From: an uncultured cyanobacterium
GTDB lineage: Bacteria > Cyanobacteriota > Cyanobacteriia > Cyanobacteriales > CAWCAG01
Assembly: GCA_963803805.1 (NCBI GenBank)
Contig: CAWDOD010000002.1
Location: 224,001 to 288,000 of the forward strand
DNA length: 64,000 nucleotides
Direction: 5' to 3'
Below are positions 30,740-41,754 of the stretch, piece by piece; positions within the stretch are counted from its first letter, which is position 1, and every line of letters starts with the position of its first letter. A program made the translations under genes and the position numbers. The notes under the pieces were generated by a model, which saw only the letters and a list, made by a program, of their open reading frames with translations, had not been told where the DNA came from and searched no databases.

Positions 30740-31969
30740 CTAAGTATTGATAACGGCTTCGACTGCTGCTTCTAGGGCGATCGCAATATGAGTCCAGTGA
30801 GTTCCCCCTTGACAAAAAGCAATATATGGTTTCCGTAAAGGCCCATCTGCTGAAAACTCAGAAGTACTACCATCAATGAAAGTTCCCCCCGCCATTACTA
30901 GCTGACTCTCATACCCTGGCATTTTCCCTGGGACTGGTTCTACATAGGAATCCACCGGAGAGTGCTGTTGAATCGCCTTGCAAAAGGCAATTAGCTTCTG
31001 GGGAGAACCTAGCTCAATAGCTTGAATAATATCTCGACGTGGTGCAAGAGGAGAAGGATTAACCGGGTAACCTAAACTATCAAAAACAGAAGCCAGCAAA
31101 TGGGTTCCTTTAATGGCCTCTGCCACCATTTGAGGAGCTAGGAATAGACCTTGAAAAAGCAAACGATTTTGCCCAAAAGTTGCTCCCCCATAACTACCTA
31201 TTCCCGGTGCAGTTAAACGACAACAAGCTGCTTCTACTAAATCAGCCTTTCCGGCTACATACCCTCCCGCATTGACAATTGTACCACCAGGATTTTTGAT
31301 TAGAGAACCCGCTATCAAATCTGCACCAATTTGAGTTGGTTCTCGACTTTCTATAAACTCTCCGTAGCAATTATCTACAAAACAAACTGTATCAGGATTT
31401 TGTCGTTTAATCACTTGAATAATCTTTTCAATGTCATCAAGAGATAAACTTGGTCGCCAAGAGTAGCCACAAGAGCGTTGAATCAAGGCTAGACGCGTCT
31501 TTGACGTAACTGAATTGGTCAGTAATTGCCAACTAATTTCTCCTTTTTCTGTCAAAGGCAATTGGCGATAGTGAATGTTAAAATCACTTAGTGACCCTCT
31601 ATTTTGACCTCTTAAACCAATAACTTCTTCTAAAGTGTCATAGGGAGGGCCAGCCACAGCTAACATTTCGTCTTCTGGACGAAGAACACCAAACAAAGCA
31701 CAAGCAATGGCATGGGTTCCTGAAACAAACTGTACTCGTACTGCGGCGGCTTCAGCACCCATAATCTCGGCAAACACCCGGTCTAAAGCTTGCCTTCCTA
31801 AATCATCGTGTCCATAACCGCTAACACTAGCAAAATGTTGCACTCCCACGCGATGGTGACGAAAAGCAACTAAAACTTTATGGAGGTTTCCCTTGACCTG
31901 AGTGTCAATCTTAGCAAAAATCGGAAATAGTGTTTCTTGCGCTTTTTCAATCAGCTTTAAGCTGTTCAT
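30740..31969 (-). CDS. Methionine gamma-lyase family PLP protein (aluminium-resistance/YnbB type)
   Basis: FVSGTHAI, FVDNCYGEF, GSLIKNPGG. Confidence 0.9.
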   Translation of the reverse strand: MNSLKLIEKAQETLFPIFAKIDTQVKGNLHKVLVAFRHHRVGVQHFASVSGYGHDDLGRQALDRVFAEIMGAEAAAVRVQFVSGTHAIACALFGVLRPEDEMLAVAGPPYDTLEEVIGLRGQNRGSLSDFNIHYRQLPLTEKGEISWQLLTNSVTSKTRLALIQRSCGYSWRPSLSLDDIEKIIQVIKRQNPDTVCFVDNCYGEFIESREPTQIGADLIAGSLIKNPGGTIVNAGGYVAGKADLVEAACCRLTAPGIGSYGGATFGQNRLLFQGLFLAPQMVAEAIKGTHLLASVFDSLGYPVNPSPLAPRRDIIQAIELGSPQKLIAFCKAIQQHSPVDSYVEPVPGKMPGYESQLVMAGGTFIDGSTSEFSADGPLRKPYIAFCQGGTHWTHIAIALEAAVEAVINT

Positions 31970-32080
31970 CTGTTAGTTGATAGTAAAACCTTAGTGTTAA
32001 TAATTAAACACAAAACGAACTTTTATGTAGGTTATTAACACTTCCCCCATCAAACAAACTGCATATTTAAAGATTACTAA

Positions 32081-32929
32081 ATGACTGTTGCAACTTCAAA
32101 TAAGCCCCCACTCAACTGGGTAATTATCACTTACATGGCTTCTATTCATCTAGTAGCTATGTTGGCATTCTTTCCTCGCTTTTTTAGCTGGAAAGCAGTT
32201 GGTATCGCTATTTTATTCCACTGGATAACAGGAGGTTTAGGCATCACTCTGGGCTATCATCGCCTTGTTACTCACCGTAGCTTCCAAACTCCCAAATGGC
32301 TAGAATATTTCCTCATTTTCTGCGGTACTTTATCTTGCCAGGGGGGTCCAATTGAATGGATTGGTATGCACCGTATTCACCATAAATATTCTGATACGGC
32401 CCCAGATCCCCACAACTCTCACCGAGGTTTTTGGTGGAGTCACATGGATTGGATGCTTCACAACGCCCCAGCCAAAGAAGATATTCCTCGCTTTACTAAA
32501 GATATTTATGATGACCCCGTTTATCGTTTCTTTGAAAACTATTTTATTCCTATCCAAATTGTTCTAGGATTAATTCTTTACACTTTAGGGGGTTGGTCTT
32601 TTATTATTTGGGGCATTTTTGTTCGTTTAGTTGTGGTATTCCACTGTACTTGGTTTGTTAATAGCGCTACCCACAAATGGGGGTACCAAACCTACGAATC
32701 TAACGATGAATCCCGTAATTGCTGGTGGGTAGCCTTAGTTACCTACGGTGAAGGTTGGCACAATAACCACCATGCCTATCAATCTTCTGCACGTCACGGC
32801 TTGCGGTGGTGGGAAATTGATTTAACTTGGATGACTATTAAGCTATTCCAAATTCTCGGTTTAGCAACCAAAGTTAAATTGCCATCTCAAGGAAGTTTGA
32901 ACTTGAAGACATCTAACGCCAGCCAATAG
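32081..32929 (+). CDS. desC: Acyl-lipid delta-9 desaturase
   Basis: His boxes HRLVTH, HRIHH, HNNHH. Confidence 0.92.
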   Translation: MTVATSNKPPLNWVIITYMASIHLVAMLAFFPRFFSWKAVGIAILFHWITGGLGITLGYHRLVTHRSFQTPKWLEYFLIFCGTLSCQGGPIEWIGMHRIHHKYSDTAPDPHNSHRGFWWSHMDWMLHNAPAKEDIPRFTKDIYDDPVYRFFENYFIPIQIVLGLILYTLGGWSFIIWGIFVRLVVVFHCTWFVNSATHKWGYQTYESNDESRNCWWVALVTYGEGWHNNHHAYQSSARHGLRWWEIDLTWMTIKLFQILGLATKVKLPSQGSLNLKTSNASQ

Positions 32930-32947
32930 CCAGGTTTGAGTTTTTTT

Positions 32948-34207
32948 TCAGCCTTGAGCCACTTGTTTTAAAGTAGTTAAGGTTTCTAAGCCAATCAAAC
33001 CACGGCGATGTCCTCGTTGATTGGACATTCCTAAAAAAACAGCATTTCCTCCCTTGGGACGACGATAGAACCTGGGGGAGGAATTTATATATAATAGAGC
33101 GCTGTTAACTTTATCAGCAAATTGACGACTTTCTGGGTAAGATTGAGTTACCAAACAGTTAGCATGACCACTGCTATAGCGGTTTATCCAAGAAATTCCT
33201 TCATCCAAACTGGTCACTGTCTTAAAGGCAATACAGCGACGTAAATAAGCATTACCCCATTCTGAGGTAGCTGCCATCTTAAGCTGTTGAGGAAACCTCC
33301 TGGTTAACTCCTCATCGCCACGTAACTCAAAACCTGCCTTTTGCAAATTATCAAATAAACTCTGTAAAGCAGAAAAGTCTTGTTGAGGAGGGATAAGAAC
33401 TTTCTCAATAGCATTGACTGGATCTGGTTCACTTGCATGACTATCAAGGATAATCTCATAAACCACCTCTAATTCACTCTCCATAGACCAGTAGAGATAA
33501 CAATTACCCATCGCCGACTGTAAAACTGGCATGGTAGCCAGTTGGGTAACTTGCTGAACTAAACTAAAACGCCCGTAAGGGATGATTAAGTTAAGGTATT
33601 GGTCTAACTCTACCAAATCAGAAATAGAAGCCCCCTTGTCCGCAGGCAGAACTTCTAAACTTCCGTTGGGTAAACCAGCTTCTTCTATAGCTGAAAAAAG
33701 AGCTTTAGCGATCGCCACATTGGAATAACTAGCTTCACTACTACCTCGCAAAATCAAACTATTACCAGTTTTGAGAGCCATACCTGCGGCGATCGCACCC
33801 AATTCAGGAAATGCCTCATAAACAAAAGCAATAGTCCCTAAAGGTACTGGTTGGCAATAGGTTTGGAAAGGCTCTAGTTGATAAGGGGCGTTTCTTAACT
33901 TTTGGAGAGGGTCTGGTAACTCTTCTAGCCTACGCAAAATATCAATGGTACTGCGGAGTCTCTCCGGTGTCAGCCTTAACCAATCAATAATAATATTTGA
34001 TACTGCCATCTCTCGGCTTGTTTCTAGATCAAGGGTATTAGCTTCAAGAATTTCCTCAAACCCTTCTTCTATAGCTTGGGCCATACAACCCACTCCATAG
34101 CTGCGTTTCACCCCTTTAGTAGTTGCTAGCTTCAAAGATGCTTGGTAAGCGCTTTTAACTCCAGCAAGAGTCCGGTCTTGGGCTGCGTCATAGTCATCAA
34201 TTGCCAT
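32948..34207 (-). CDS. Glutamate-5-semialdehyde dehydrogenase-like protein (ProA2 type)
   Basis: VPLGTIAFVYEAFP, LKTGNSLILRG, SSGH; the catalytic Cys region reads DPVNAIE. Confidence 0.8.
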   Translation of the reverse strand: MAIDDYDAAQDRTLAGVKSAYQASLKLATTKGVKRSYGVGCMAQAIEEGFEEILEANTLDLETSREMAVSNIIIDWLRLTPERLRSTIDILRRLEELPDPLQKLRNAPYQLEPFQTYCQPVPLGTIAFVYEAFPELGAIAAGMALKTGNSLILRGSSEASYSNVAIAKALFSAIEEAGLPNGSLEVLPADKGASISDLVELDQYLNLIIPYGRFSLVQQVTQLATMPVLQSAMGNCYLYWSMESELEVVYEIILDSHASEPDPVNAIEKVLIPPQQDFSALQSLFDNLQKAGFELRGDEELTRRFPQQLKMAATSEWGNAYLRRCIAFKTVTSLDEGISWINRYSSGHANCLVTQSYPESRQFADKVNSALLYINSSPRFYRRPKGGNAVFLGMSNQRGHRRGLIGLETLTTLKQVAQG

Positions 34208-34212
34208 TATTT

Positions 34213-34620
34213 TTAACGTCTATAAGCCAACCAAAATATTACTGTAAATAAGCTCAGTAATACTGCTAGAGGTAGAATAACTATTTTCAGTAATACATCC
34301 CAAGGTAGGGTGTGTAACCACCAGACTATCATCAAAAAAACAATGGTAAACAATCCCAAAATCATGGGTATGTAAAATTTCTTGAAGTTAGGACGAGTAG
34401 TAATCCAACGATGCCCTGTCCAACGCCAAGAGCGTTTGGAGGGATAGCCTGTTGATAATTGTTCTAATACTTTACCATTTTCTTCTACTACAAAAATTTG
34501 CTGACAGCGATCACAACCAAAAGCATCCGTAAGAGTAATTGGTAGCAGATGTCCCTTACGACGACAGGGGCAGGGATACTCAGTACTTAAGTCTATCTTC
34601 TGAGCTTTACGAGGTGGCAC
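34213..34620 (-). CDS. Hypothetical protein with Cys-rich (Zn-ribbon-like) N-terminus and two TM helices
   Basis: YPCPCRR...FGCDRCQQIF; hydrophobic C-terminus. Confidence 0.75.
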   Translation of the reverse strand: MPPRKAQKIDLSTEYPCPCRRKGHLLPITLTDAFGCDRCQQIFVVEENGKVLEQLSTGYPSKRSWRWTGHRWITTRPNFKKFYIPMILGLFTIVFLMIVWWLHTLPWDVLLKIVILPLAVLLSLFTVIFWLAYRR

Positions 34621-35132
34621 AGGCGCAGGGTTGAAAGAGTATTTTTTAAGATTTTCCTAAATCTATTATGAACAAACTGTTAAAGAAATGCAGATTTAAT
34701 TAATTTTAAGTATCTTGGCTCGCTGCGAATCAGAGCAAAATCAGCATCTATAGGTATTTTTTCCTGAAAAGAACTATTTGACAGAGCCGATTCTGATGAT
34801 GGTATCTCCTAAAAGGGATGGGAGAAATTTTCTCCTCTTGGGCATTCTTATAGATATAGAAGTTTAGTCTTGTGCTTCGGAATTATTTACCAGGATTTAC
34901 CGCAAACAGCAACTTTATTTGAGTGAAGTTGCTACTCAACAATCGAAGCTTCTCAAATTCACTTTCCTCATAGCTGATATAGCACTTTGGTAACTGAGTT
35001 GTTGCAACTTTAAGCATCTTAATAAATGCAAACCAGTTACTCCTATCAACCTGCCTTGTTAGCCGACTTTTAAATGATTTTCTCAGGGTGGATTACTTTG
35101 TTGTGCCGCAAAATACTCACCTTCGTTTGATA

Positions 35133-36737
35133 ATGCTAATTAAGACTTTTAAAACATTCACTCAGTTTTTAAAAACAACTGCTCTGTTTTCTATTTTAGG
35201 TTGTACGTTAATTTGCCTCCCAGCTTTAACTGAAGAAGAATCTGCAATAGATGTTTCCTCATTAGAAGAGGATTCAATATTAAATAATACTCCCATCATC
35301 CCAGCTTCAGAACTGTCCAATATTCAGCTTTGGGCATTGGAAGCTGTACAATCTTTAATTAAGCGTTATGGTTGCATCAGTAAAGATTCGGACAGCAATT
35401 TTCGTGGTGAAGAACCCCTTACTCGTTATGAATTTGCTGCTTTACTAACTTCGTGTCTTCAATACTTTGCTAACTCCACAGAAGAAACAATCGAAGTGAG
35501 TTCTGAGGATTGGACAGTAATCAAAAGATTGCAAGCAGACTTCGCTGAAGAATTACTATTTTTAGGTAATCGCTTAGATAATTTAGAGAATCGAGTTGCC
35601 CAAATAGAAGAAGAGCAATTTTCTACAACCACAACCTTAAGCGGTATCGCTATTTTTTCCCTGGAAGGAGTTAGCGGTGATCATAAAGCTGATAGCAACG
35701 AGCCTCTAGATGAAAGCATAACTTTTTCTAACTGGACTACTTTGTATCTCAATACCAGTTTCACAGGAAAAGATAACTTAAGAATTGGCATACTGGCAAG
35801 TAATGCCCCTGATTTAAGCCGCGCCACAGGGAGCAATTTTGCCACAAGAAGTTACTTTAGTAGTCCCGATAGTTCCCCCTTTATTTACCAGTTGTGGTAT
35901 TCTTTTCCCATCGGCGATCACATCATAGCTAAAATTGCTACGGCACACTCTACTATAGATAGTTTTAACGCTTTTTCTTCCCAACCCTATGGAGGAGATT
36001 CTTTCGCTTTAGCTAATAGTTTTAATCCCCTTATTTATTGGAATTTTGCTGCTTTTGGTGGACCGGGGGTTTCTGCTACTATTCGTTTTAATGATTCTAT
36101 TAGTTTAGATACTGGTTATTTTACTCCACACAGTGCTGCTAGCTCTCAAGCTGGACTGGGATTAATAGGTGGTTCTTATGCAACCGGGGGACAACTTAAT
36201 GTTAATTGGGGAAGCGATGTGGCCTTAGCTTTTAGCTATTTACATACCCATCAAAATAGTAAGACAGGTTATTATGACCTAGCCGGATTTACAGGTAACC
36301 TCGAAGCTTCAGACCCTTTTTCCTTACGAGCTAATTCTACTAACAATTTTAGCCTTCAAGGTAACTGGCGAGTAAGTCCTAGCTTTAATGTAGGTGGTTT
36401 TGTCGGTTATGCCCATGCCTATGCCGAAGGAGGAAACAAGGCTAGTGCTGATATTTGGAATTGGTCTGCTAATGTAGCTTTTCCCAATTTAGGAGGAGAA
36501 GGTAACTTGCTGCGTGTCGGTTTTGGTATGCCTCCTAAGATGACAGATTCTAGGGGTAATAGTATTGAAGTACCCACAACATCTGATACAGGCTACGTTT
36601 TAGATGCTGAGTATCGCTATCGAGTGAACCATAATCTTAATGTTACCTTTGGGGGCTATGCCCTCTTTAATCCTGAACACAACGCCGATAATAAGCCAAT
36701 TTATATATTTAGAATTCGCCCAATGTTCTTTTTTTAA
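35133..36737 (+). CDS. SLH-domain outer-membrane porin (OprB/iron-uptake porin family)
   Basis: SLH WALEAVQSLIKRYGC..TRYEFAA, coiled coil, QFSTTTTLSG, C-terminal Phe. Confidence 0.88.
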   Translation: MLIKTFKTFTQFLKTTALFSILGCTLICLPALTEEESAIDVSSLEEDSILNNTPIIPASELSNIQLWALEAVQSLIKRYGCISKDSDSNFRGEEPLTRYEFAALLTSCLQYFANSTEETIEVSSEDWTVIKRLQADFAEELLFLGNRLDNLENRVAQIEEEQFSTTTTLSGIAIFSLEGVSGDHKADSNEPLDESITFSNWTTLYLNTSFTGKDNLRIGILASNAPDLSRATGSNFATRSYFSSPDSSPFIYQLWYSFPIGDHIIAKIATAHSTIDSFNAFSSQPYGGDSFALANSFNPLIYWNFAAFGGPGVSATIRFNDSISLDTGYFTPHSAASSQAGLGLIGGSYATGGQLNVNWGSDVALAFSYLHTHQNSKTGYYDLAGFTGNLEASDPFSLRANSTNNFSLQGNWRVSPSFNVGGFVGYAHAYAEGGNKASADIWNWSANVAFPNLGGEGNLLRVGFGMPPKMTDSRGNSIEVPTTSDTGYVLDAEYRYRVNHNLNVTFGGYALFNPEHNADNKPIYIFRIRPMFFF

Positions 36738-37391
36738 TTTTTCCTTCTTTTCTTATGCTGTTATCATTTGAGCAAATGTAGATTTCAAGAAAGTTTCTCC
36801 CTAAAGAGAGAAAATGATGCTAGTTCTTTATAAATGATTGGGAATTGCTATAGTGTCACAAGAGGGATAATTAATTTAGAAATTAATAATAATTTTTAAA
36901 TCAACAACTATCAAGCCAAGTATGTAAGTGACGGAAGATCACAGAAAAGTATGAGCTAAATACCAGACAAATTTTGCCAAATCTAGTAACCTCATTTACG
37001 TCAAACTTAAAATATTGTTCTCTTTTTTAAGTAAATTATTTGACCGCTTAATCTTGTTGAGCTACAGGATACATTGGTCAACCAAGACAAACTAAAATAC
37101 AAATTTAATGAGCTAAAGAAGATACACCGTCTTTGTGGCTAGACTTAGGCTCATCTAGGCTTCAAAGCAAATTCGCTATCATAAAATTCATCCCAGCTAT
37201 ATCCTGAAATATAGCAAATTGGTAAGTAAAGGTTAATAAGTTAAGCTCAAGTAAAAGCCCATTGTATTCTAATATCTATCTATAGTTATATTCCTAAAAT
37301 CAAATACCCCGTTAATACAGTTCAACTTTGTTAGTTTTCGTCAAGGCCTTCTTCTAAGACTTCATCATAAAAAAATCTTTCATAAACATTC

Positions 37392-38315
37392 ATGTCTAGC
37401 CTAAAAGATCAATTCAAAATCCAATTTTGGGGAGTTAGGGGAAGTATTCCTTGCCCTGGGCCGGAGACTGTCCACTATGGAGGTAACACTCCTTGCCTTG
37501 ATATGGTAGTTAACGGAGAACATTTGATTTTTGATGGCGGTACGGGTTTACGAGTATTAGGACAGTCTTTACTACCCCAGCGTAACCTAGAAGGCTATAT
37601 GTTTTTCACCCATTCCCATTGGGACCATATCCAGGGTTTTCCTTTCTTTGTTCCTGCCTTTGTACCCGGCAATATGTTCCATATTTATGGTGCAGTTGCC
37701 CCTAATGGAGAAACCGTAGAACAACGCCTCCATAACCAGATGCTTCACCCCAATTTTCCTGTGCCTTTGCGAGTAATGCAAGCTAACTTGAAATTTTACG
37801 ATCTAGAGATTGGCGACAAAATTAGCATAGGAGACATTGTAGTCGAAAATGGTAGACTCAATCACCCAGGAGAAGCCATTGGCTATCGAGTCACCTGGCA
37901 AGGAAAAACTGCAGCTTATGTTAGCGATACAGAACATTTCCCCGAAGGATTAGATAAAAATGTTCTTCATCTCGCTCATAAAGCAGATGTCTTGATTATT
38001 GATGCTACTTACACCGATGAAGAGTACTACAGCGAAAAGTCTAGTAAAGTTGGTTGGGGACATTCAACTTGGCAAGAAGCAGTCAAAATAGCTAAAGCGG
38101 CTGAAGTTAAGCAACTGGTCATTTTCCATCACGATCCTCTCCACAACGATGATTTCTTAAATGAAGTTGGTAAACAAGCGGCTGCTGAATTTCCCAACAC
38201 AATTTTGGCTAGGGAAGGTATGTATATAGAATTAATGGAAGCTGACTTTCCCACAGTTTATCAACCTGAAATTTTAAAAGTAGAGGAACTCAACGCAAAA
38301 TATGTCAAAATGTAA
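37392..38315 (+). CDS. MBL-fold metallo-hydrolase
   Basis: FWGVRGS, THSHWDHIQG, FHHDP. Confidence 0.9.
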   Translation: MSSLKDQFKIQFWGVRGSIPCPGPETVHYGGNTPCLDMVVNGEHLIFDGGTGLRVLGQSLLPQRNLEGYMFFTHSHWDHIQGFPFFVPAFVPGNMFHIYGAVAPNGETVEQRLHNQMLHPNFPVPLRVMQANLKFYDLEIGDKISIGDIVVENGRLNHPGEAIGYRVTWQGKTAAYVSDTEHFPEGLDKNVLHLAHKADVLIIDATYTDEEYYSEKSSKVGWGHSTWQEAVKIAKAAEVKQLVIFHHDPLHNDDFLNEVGKQAAAEFPNTILAREGMYIELMEADFPTVYQPEILKVEELNAKYVKM

Positions 38316-38318
38316 AGC

Positions 38319-39251
38319 GTGTGGTTAACATCATCTACAGACCAAGTACTAACACCAACTGCAATCGCCCTTGGTAACTTTGACGGCATTCATCGAGGGC
38401 ATATTCAAGTTGTCAAACTAGTTTTGGCTTCAGATATCCCTGGGCAAACTATTCCTACCGTAGTTACTTTTGATCCCCACCCTAGAGAGTTCTTTTCTGG
38501 TCAAAGCCGCAAACTGTTAACTCCAGGGGAGGAAAGAGTGCAACAGCTAGAACATTTAGGGGTACAACAGTTAGTTTTATTACCTTTTAACCATCAGCTA
38601 GCTTCTTTGACCCCCCAAGAATTTATTACAGAAATCTTAGTTAAAAAACTGCAAGTAACCTATATTAGTGTAGGAAAAGACTTTCACTTTGGTCGCAACA
38701 GAAAGGGAACCACAGCAGACTTAAAAGCGATCGCTACACCTTTAGGTATTGAAGTTGCTATTGCTTCACTGCACAATTGTACTGGGAATGGATACAGTGA
38801 TCAACCTATACGCATTAGCAGTTCTCTCATTCGCCAGGCTTTAAGCGAAGGTAAAATTCCCCAAGCCAATTACTTACTTGGTCGTCCTTACACCCTAATT
38901 GGGAAAGTAGTTGTAGGGCAAAAATTGGGTAGAACGATTGGTTTTCCCACCGCCAATCTAAAACTACCAGAAAACAAGTTTTTACCCCGCCAAGGAGTTT
39001 ATAGCGTCCAAGTAACCCTTGCTGATCATTCTTCTCTACCTGGAGTGATGAATTTAGGTTGTCGTCCCACCATTGATGGCAAGTCTACAGCTATAGAAGT
39101 TTACTTATTAGATTGGTCAGGGGATTTATATGGTCAGACCTTAACTGTTAGTCTAAAAAGATTTTTGCGTTCAGAACAAAAATTTCCTTCTCTAGATGCG
39201 TTGAAACAACAAATCGCTTGGGACTGCCAGAGAGTTAGGATAGAGAGTTAA
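38319..39251 (+). CDS. ribF: Bifunctional riboflavin kinase/FAD synthetase
   Basis: GNFDGIHRGH, ISSSLIR, GFPTAN. Confidence 0.95.
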   Translation: MWLTSSTDQVLTPTAIALGNFDGIHRGHIQVVKLVLASDIPGQTIPTVVTFDPHPREFFSGQSRKLLTPGEERVQQLEHLGVQQLVLLPFNHQLASLTPQEFITEILVKKLQVTYISVGKDFHFGRNRKGTTADLKAIATPLGIEVAIASLHNCTGNGYSDQPIRISSSLIRQALSEGKIPQANYLLGRPYTLIGKVVVGQKLGRTIGFPTANLKLPENKFLPRQGVYSVQVTLADHSSLPGVMNLGCRPTIDGKSTAIEVYLLDWSGDLYGQTLTVSLKRFLRSEQKFPSLDALKQQIAWDCQRVRIES

Positions 39252-39269
39252 GCTAAAGAAAATAATTTT

Positions 39270-39665
39270 ATGACTAAAAAAATAATTATCACTGATAAAG
39301 CACCTACACCTGTTGGTCCTTACAATCAAGCGATCGCCGCTATAGGTCAAATGGTCTTCGTAGCTGGTCAAATTCCTTTAGATCCAGAAAGTAGTGAGAT
39401 TATTGGTGTAGGAGATATCGCCATGCAAACTGAACGGGTAATGGAGAATTTACAAGCCATACTTCAAGCTGCTGGAGCGAGTTGGGAAGATGTGGTAAAA
39501 ACCACGGTTTACCTCTCAGACCTACAGCATTTCACCACCATGAACCAAGTCTACTCCCAATACTTTCAAGAGTCCACTGCTCCAGCTAGAGCAACGGTTG
39601 AAGTAGCACGCTTGCCAAAAGATGTATTGGTAGAAATAGATTGTATTGCTGTTGTAAGTAACTAA
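39270..39665 (+). CDS. RidA family enamine/imine deaminase
   Basis: [23 protein letters not shown]. Confidence 0.92.
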   Translation: MTKKIIITDKAPTPVGPYNQAIAAIGQMVFVAGQIPLDPESSEIIGVGDIAMQTERVMENLQAILQAAGASWEDVVKTTVYLSDLQHFTTMNQVYSQYFQESTAPARATVEVARLPKDVLVEIDCIAVVSN

Positions 39666-39758
39666 ATATAAAACCCTTGTAATTTAAAATTGGCGCTCTT
39701 CTCCAACTCTCATTTATTAACAAATGTAACAATAATACCGTCATAGCGTCTTGCCATC

Positions 39759-39787
39759 TTGACAGCCTTGGAAAAACCACCTATTCT
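39759..39787 (+). promoter_or_regulatory. Sigma70-type promoter of the RHH-ycf46-ycf35 operon
   Basis: TTGACA-17 bp-TATTCT, overlapped by 8-bp tandem repeats. Confidence 0.6.
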
Positions 39788-39823
39788 GTATTCTCATACC
39801 CGGGTAGAACGATTGAGAGCGAT

Positions 39824-40174
39824 ATGCCAGATAAGCAAAAAGTAACATTATATCTTCCCCCAGGACTCCATCGTCAACTCAAAATTCGAGCTGCAGTTGA
39901 CATTGATTCAATGTCATCAATGATGGAAAAGGCAATCGTCTTCTATTTAGAACATCCCCAAGTAGTTGAAGAGGTTGAGTCCTTCAGAGGCAAAACCCAT
40001 CAAATTCACGCTTGTCCTGAATGTAACAGCTCTTTGGTGATGCGAGATGGAGAGATGGTTTCTTTGAATAATCAGCCTGGAGTACTGGTTGAGGAAAGCC
40101 CGGTAGAAAAAGTACCAGAACAAGTTAGTTGTAGTACTGATTCTCAAGGAGAGGAAGAACTGGTTCCTTGCTAA
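39824..40174 (+). CDS. Ribbon-helix-helix-like protein with CxxC (slr0373-like)
   Basis: KQKVTLYLPPGLHRQLKIRAA; HACPEC. Confidence 0.75.
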   Translation: MPDKQKVTLYLPPGLHRQLKIRAAVDIDSMSSMMEKAIVFYLEHPQVVEEVESFRGKTHQIHACPECNSSLVMRDGEMVSLNNQPGVLVEESPVEKVPEQVSCSTDSQGEEELVPC

Positions 40175-40236
40175 GGAGGGTTGGGGCTTACAGGCCTCAA
40201 GACTACAGTGGTTGCACCGTATAAATTTCTAGGTCG

Positions 40237-41754
40237 ATGGTTATGCAAGAAGAGCTAAATATTCTAATTCAAGCTCAATACCCCCTCATTTATCTCGTCA
40301 CTCCTGAAGAGGAGCGAGCTGAGCAAGCGATTAATAAAATTGCTCAGATGAGAACTCAACATCGGCGCGTCTTTATCTGGACGGTCACCCACGGTATTGT
40401 TGAGTATGGCAAGCCCCGCAATGTTACCCAACACAATACTGTTTCACCCGAAGCAGCAGTTGAATGGGTAGTTAGGCAAAAAGAACCAGGGATTTTTATC
40501 TTTAAAGACCTGCATCCTTTTATTGACGCTCCAGCCACAACCCGGTGGTTACGAGATGCGATCGCTAGTTTCAAAGGTACAGAAAAAATCATTATTCTTA
40601 TGTCTCCTGTTCAGGAGATTCCCATTGAACTAGAAAAGGAAGTAGTTGTTCTTGATTATCCCTTACCGGATTTGAGTGAACTTAATCAAGTCCTCAACCA
40701 ACAGCTAGAAAAAACCAAAAATCGTCGTACTACAACGGAAGTAAGGGAAAAGCTGCTGAAAGCAGCACTAGGACTAACACGAGATGAAGCGGAAAAAGTT
40801 TACCGTAAAGCTTGTGTTACAGCCGGAAAACTTACTGAAGAAGAAGTAGAAGTCATTCTCTCTGAGAAAAAGCAAATCATCCGACGTAATGGCATCTTGG
40901 AATATATGGAAGAAGATGAAACCATTGATTCTGTTGGGGGCTTAGAAGAGTTGAAGAAGTGGCTGAAGCAGCGCTCTAATGCCTTTACTGAAAGAGCAAG
41001 GGAGTACGGTTTGCCTCAACCTAAAGGAATGCTAATTCTTGGTGTACCTGGTTGTGGTAAGTCTCTAATTGCTAAAACCACCTCTCGTCTTTGGGGCTTA
41101 CCTCTGTTACGCCTGGATATGGGGCGCGTCTATGATGGGTCAATGGTAGGTCGTTCGGAAGCTAACTTACGCAATGCCCTTAAAACAGCCGAATCGATTT
41201 CTCCAGCAATTCTGTTTATTGATGAATTAGATAAATCCTTTGCTGGTGGTACAGGCTCTTCTGACTCTGATGGTGGTACATCCAGCCGTATTTTTGGTTC
41301 TTTCCTGACTTGGATGCAAGAAAAGACTTCTCCTGTCTTTGTGATGGCAACAGCCAACCGTATTGAGCGCTTACCAGGGGAATTCTTACGCAAAGGTCGC
41401 TTTGATGAAATTTTCTTCGTCGATCTGCCCAATGCAGAAGAGCGTATCGCTATATTTAAAATTCACCTGAGCAAACGTCGCCGAGATATAAACCGTTTCG
41501 ATCTCGAACAATTAGCTAAGGTTTCTGAAGGTTTTTCTGGAGCAGAAATAGAGCAAGGGCTTATAGCTGCGATGTATGAAGCATTCGCTCAAGATCGCGA
41601 ATTCACCCAGCTAGATATCATCGCCACGATTAAAGCAACCTTGCCTCTGTCTCGCACAATGACTGAGCAGGTCACGGCCCTACGGGATTGGGCTAGACAA
41701 AGAGCGCGGCCTGCAGCAGCCTCCGTAGCTGAATATCAGCGTATGGAGTTTTAA
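40237..41754 (+). CDS. ycf46: Ycf46-family AAA+ ATPase (slr0374-like)
   Basis: GVPGCGKS, LFIDELDK, ATAN, RKGRFDEIFFVDLP. Confidence 0.9.
   Translation: MVMQEELNILIQAQYPLIYLVTPEEERAEQAINKIAQMRTQHRRVFIWTVTHGIVEYGKPRNVTQHNTVSPEAAVEWVVRQKEPGIFIFKDLHPFIDAPATTRWLRDAIASFKGTEKIIILMSPVQEIPIELEKEVVVLDYPLPDLSELNQVLNQQLEKTKNRRTTTEVREKLLKAALGLTRDEAEKVYRKACVTAGKLTEEEVEVILSEKKQIIRRNGILEYMEEDETIDSVGGLEELKKWLKQRSNAFTERAREYGLPQPKGMLILGVPGCGKSLIAKTTSRLWGLPLLRLDMGRVYDGSMVGRSEANLRNALKTAESISPAILFIDELDKSFAGGTGSSDSDGGTSSRIFGSFLTWMQEKTSPVFVMATANRIERLPGEFLRKGRFDEIFFVDLPNAEERIAIFKIHLSKRRRDINRFDLEQLAKVSEGFSGAEIEQGLIAAMYEAFAQDREFTQLDIIATIKATLPLSRTMTEQVTALRDWARQRARPAAASVAEYQRMEF

Noticed and set aside
28663-30740. Prophage or integrative element at tRNA-Gly
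   Set aside because: No integrase, no duplicated tRNA 3' end and no phage genes seen
34740-35130. Cobalamin riboswitch or Fur box upstream of the porin
   Set aside because: No B12-box core recognised; only an AGCAACTT/AAGTTGCT palindrome and a weak AT-rich Fur-like stretch
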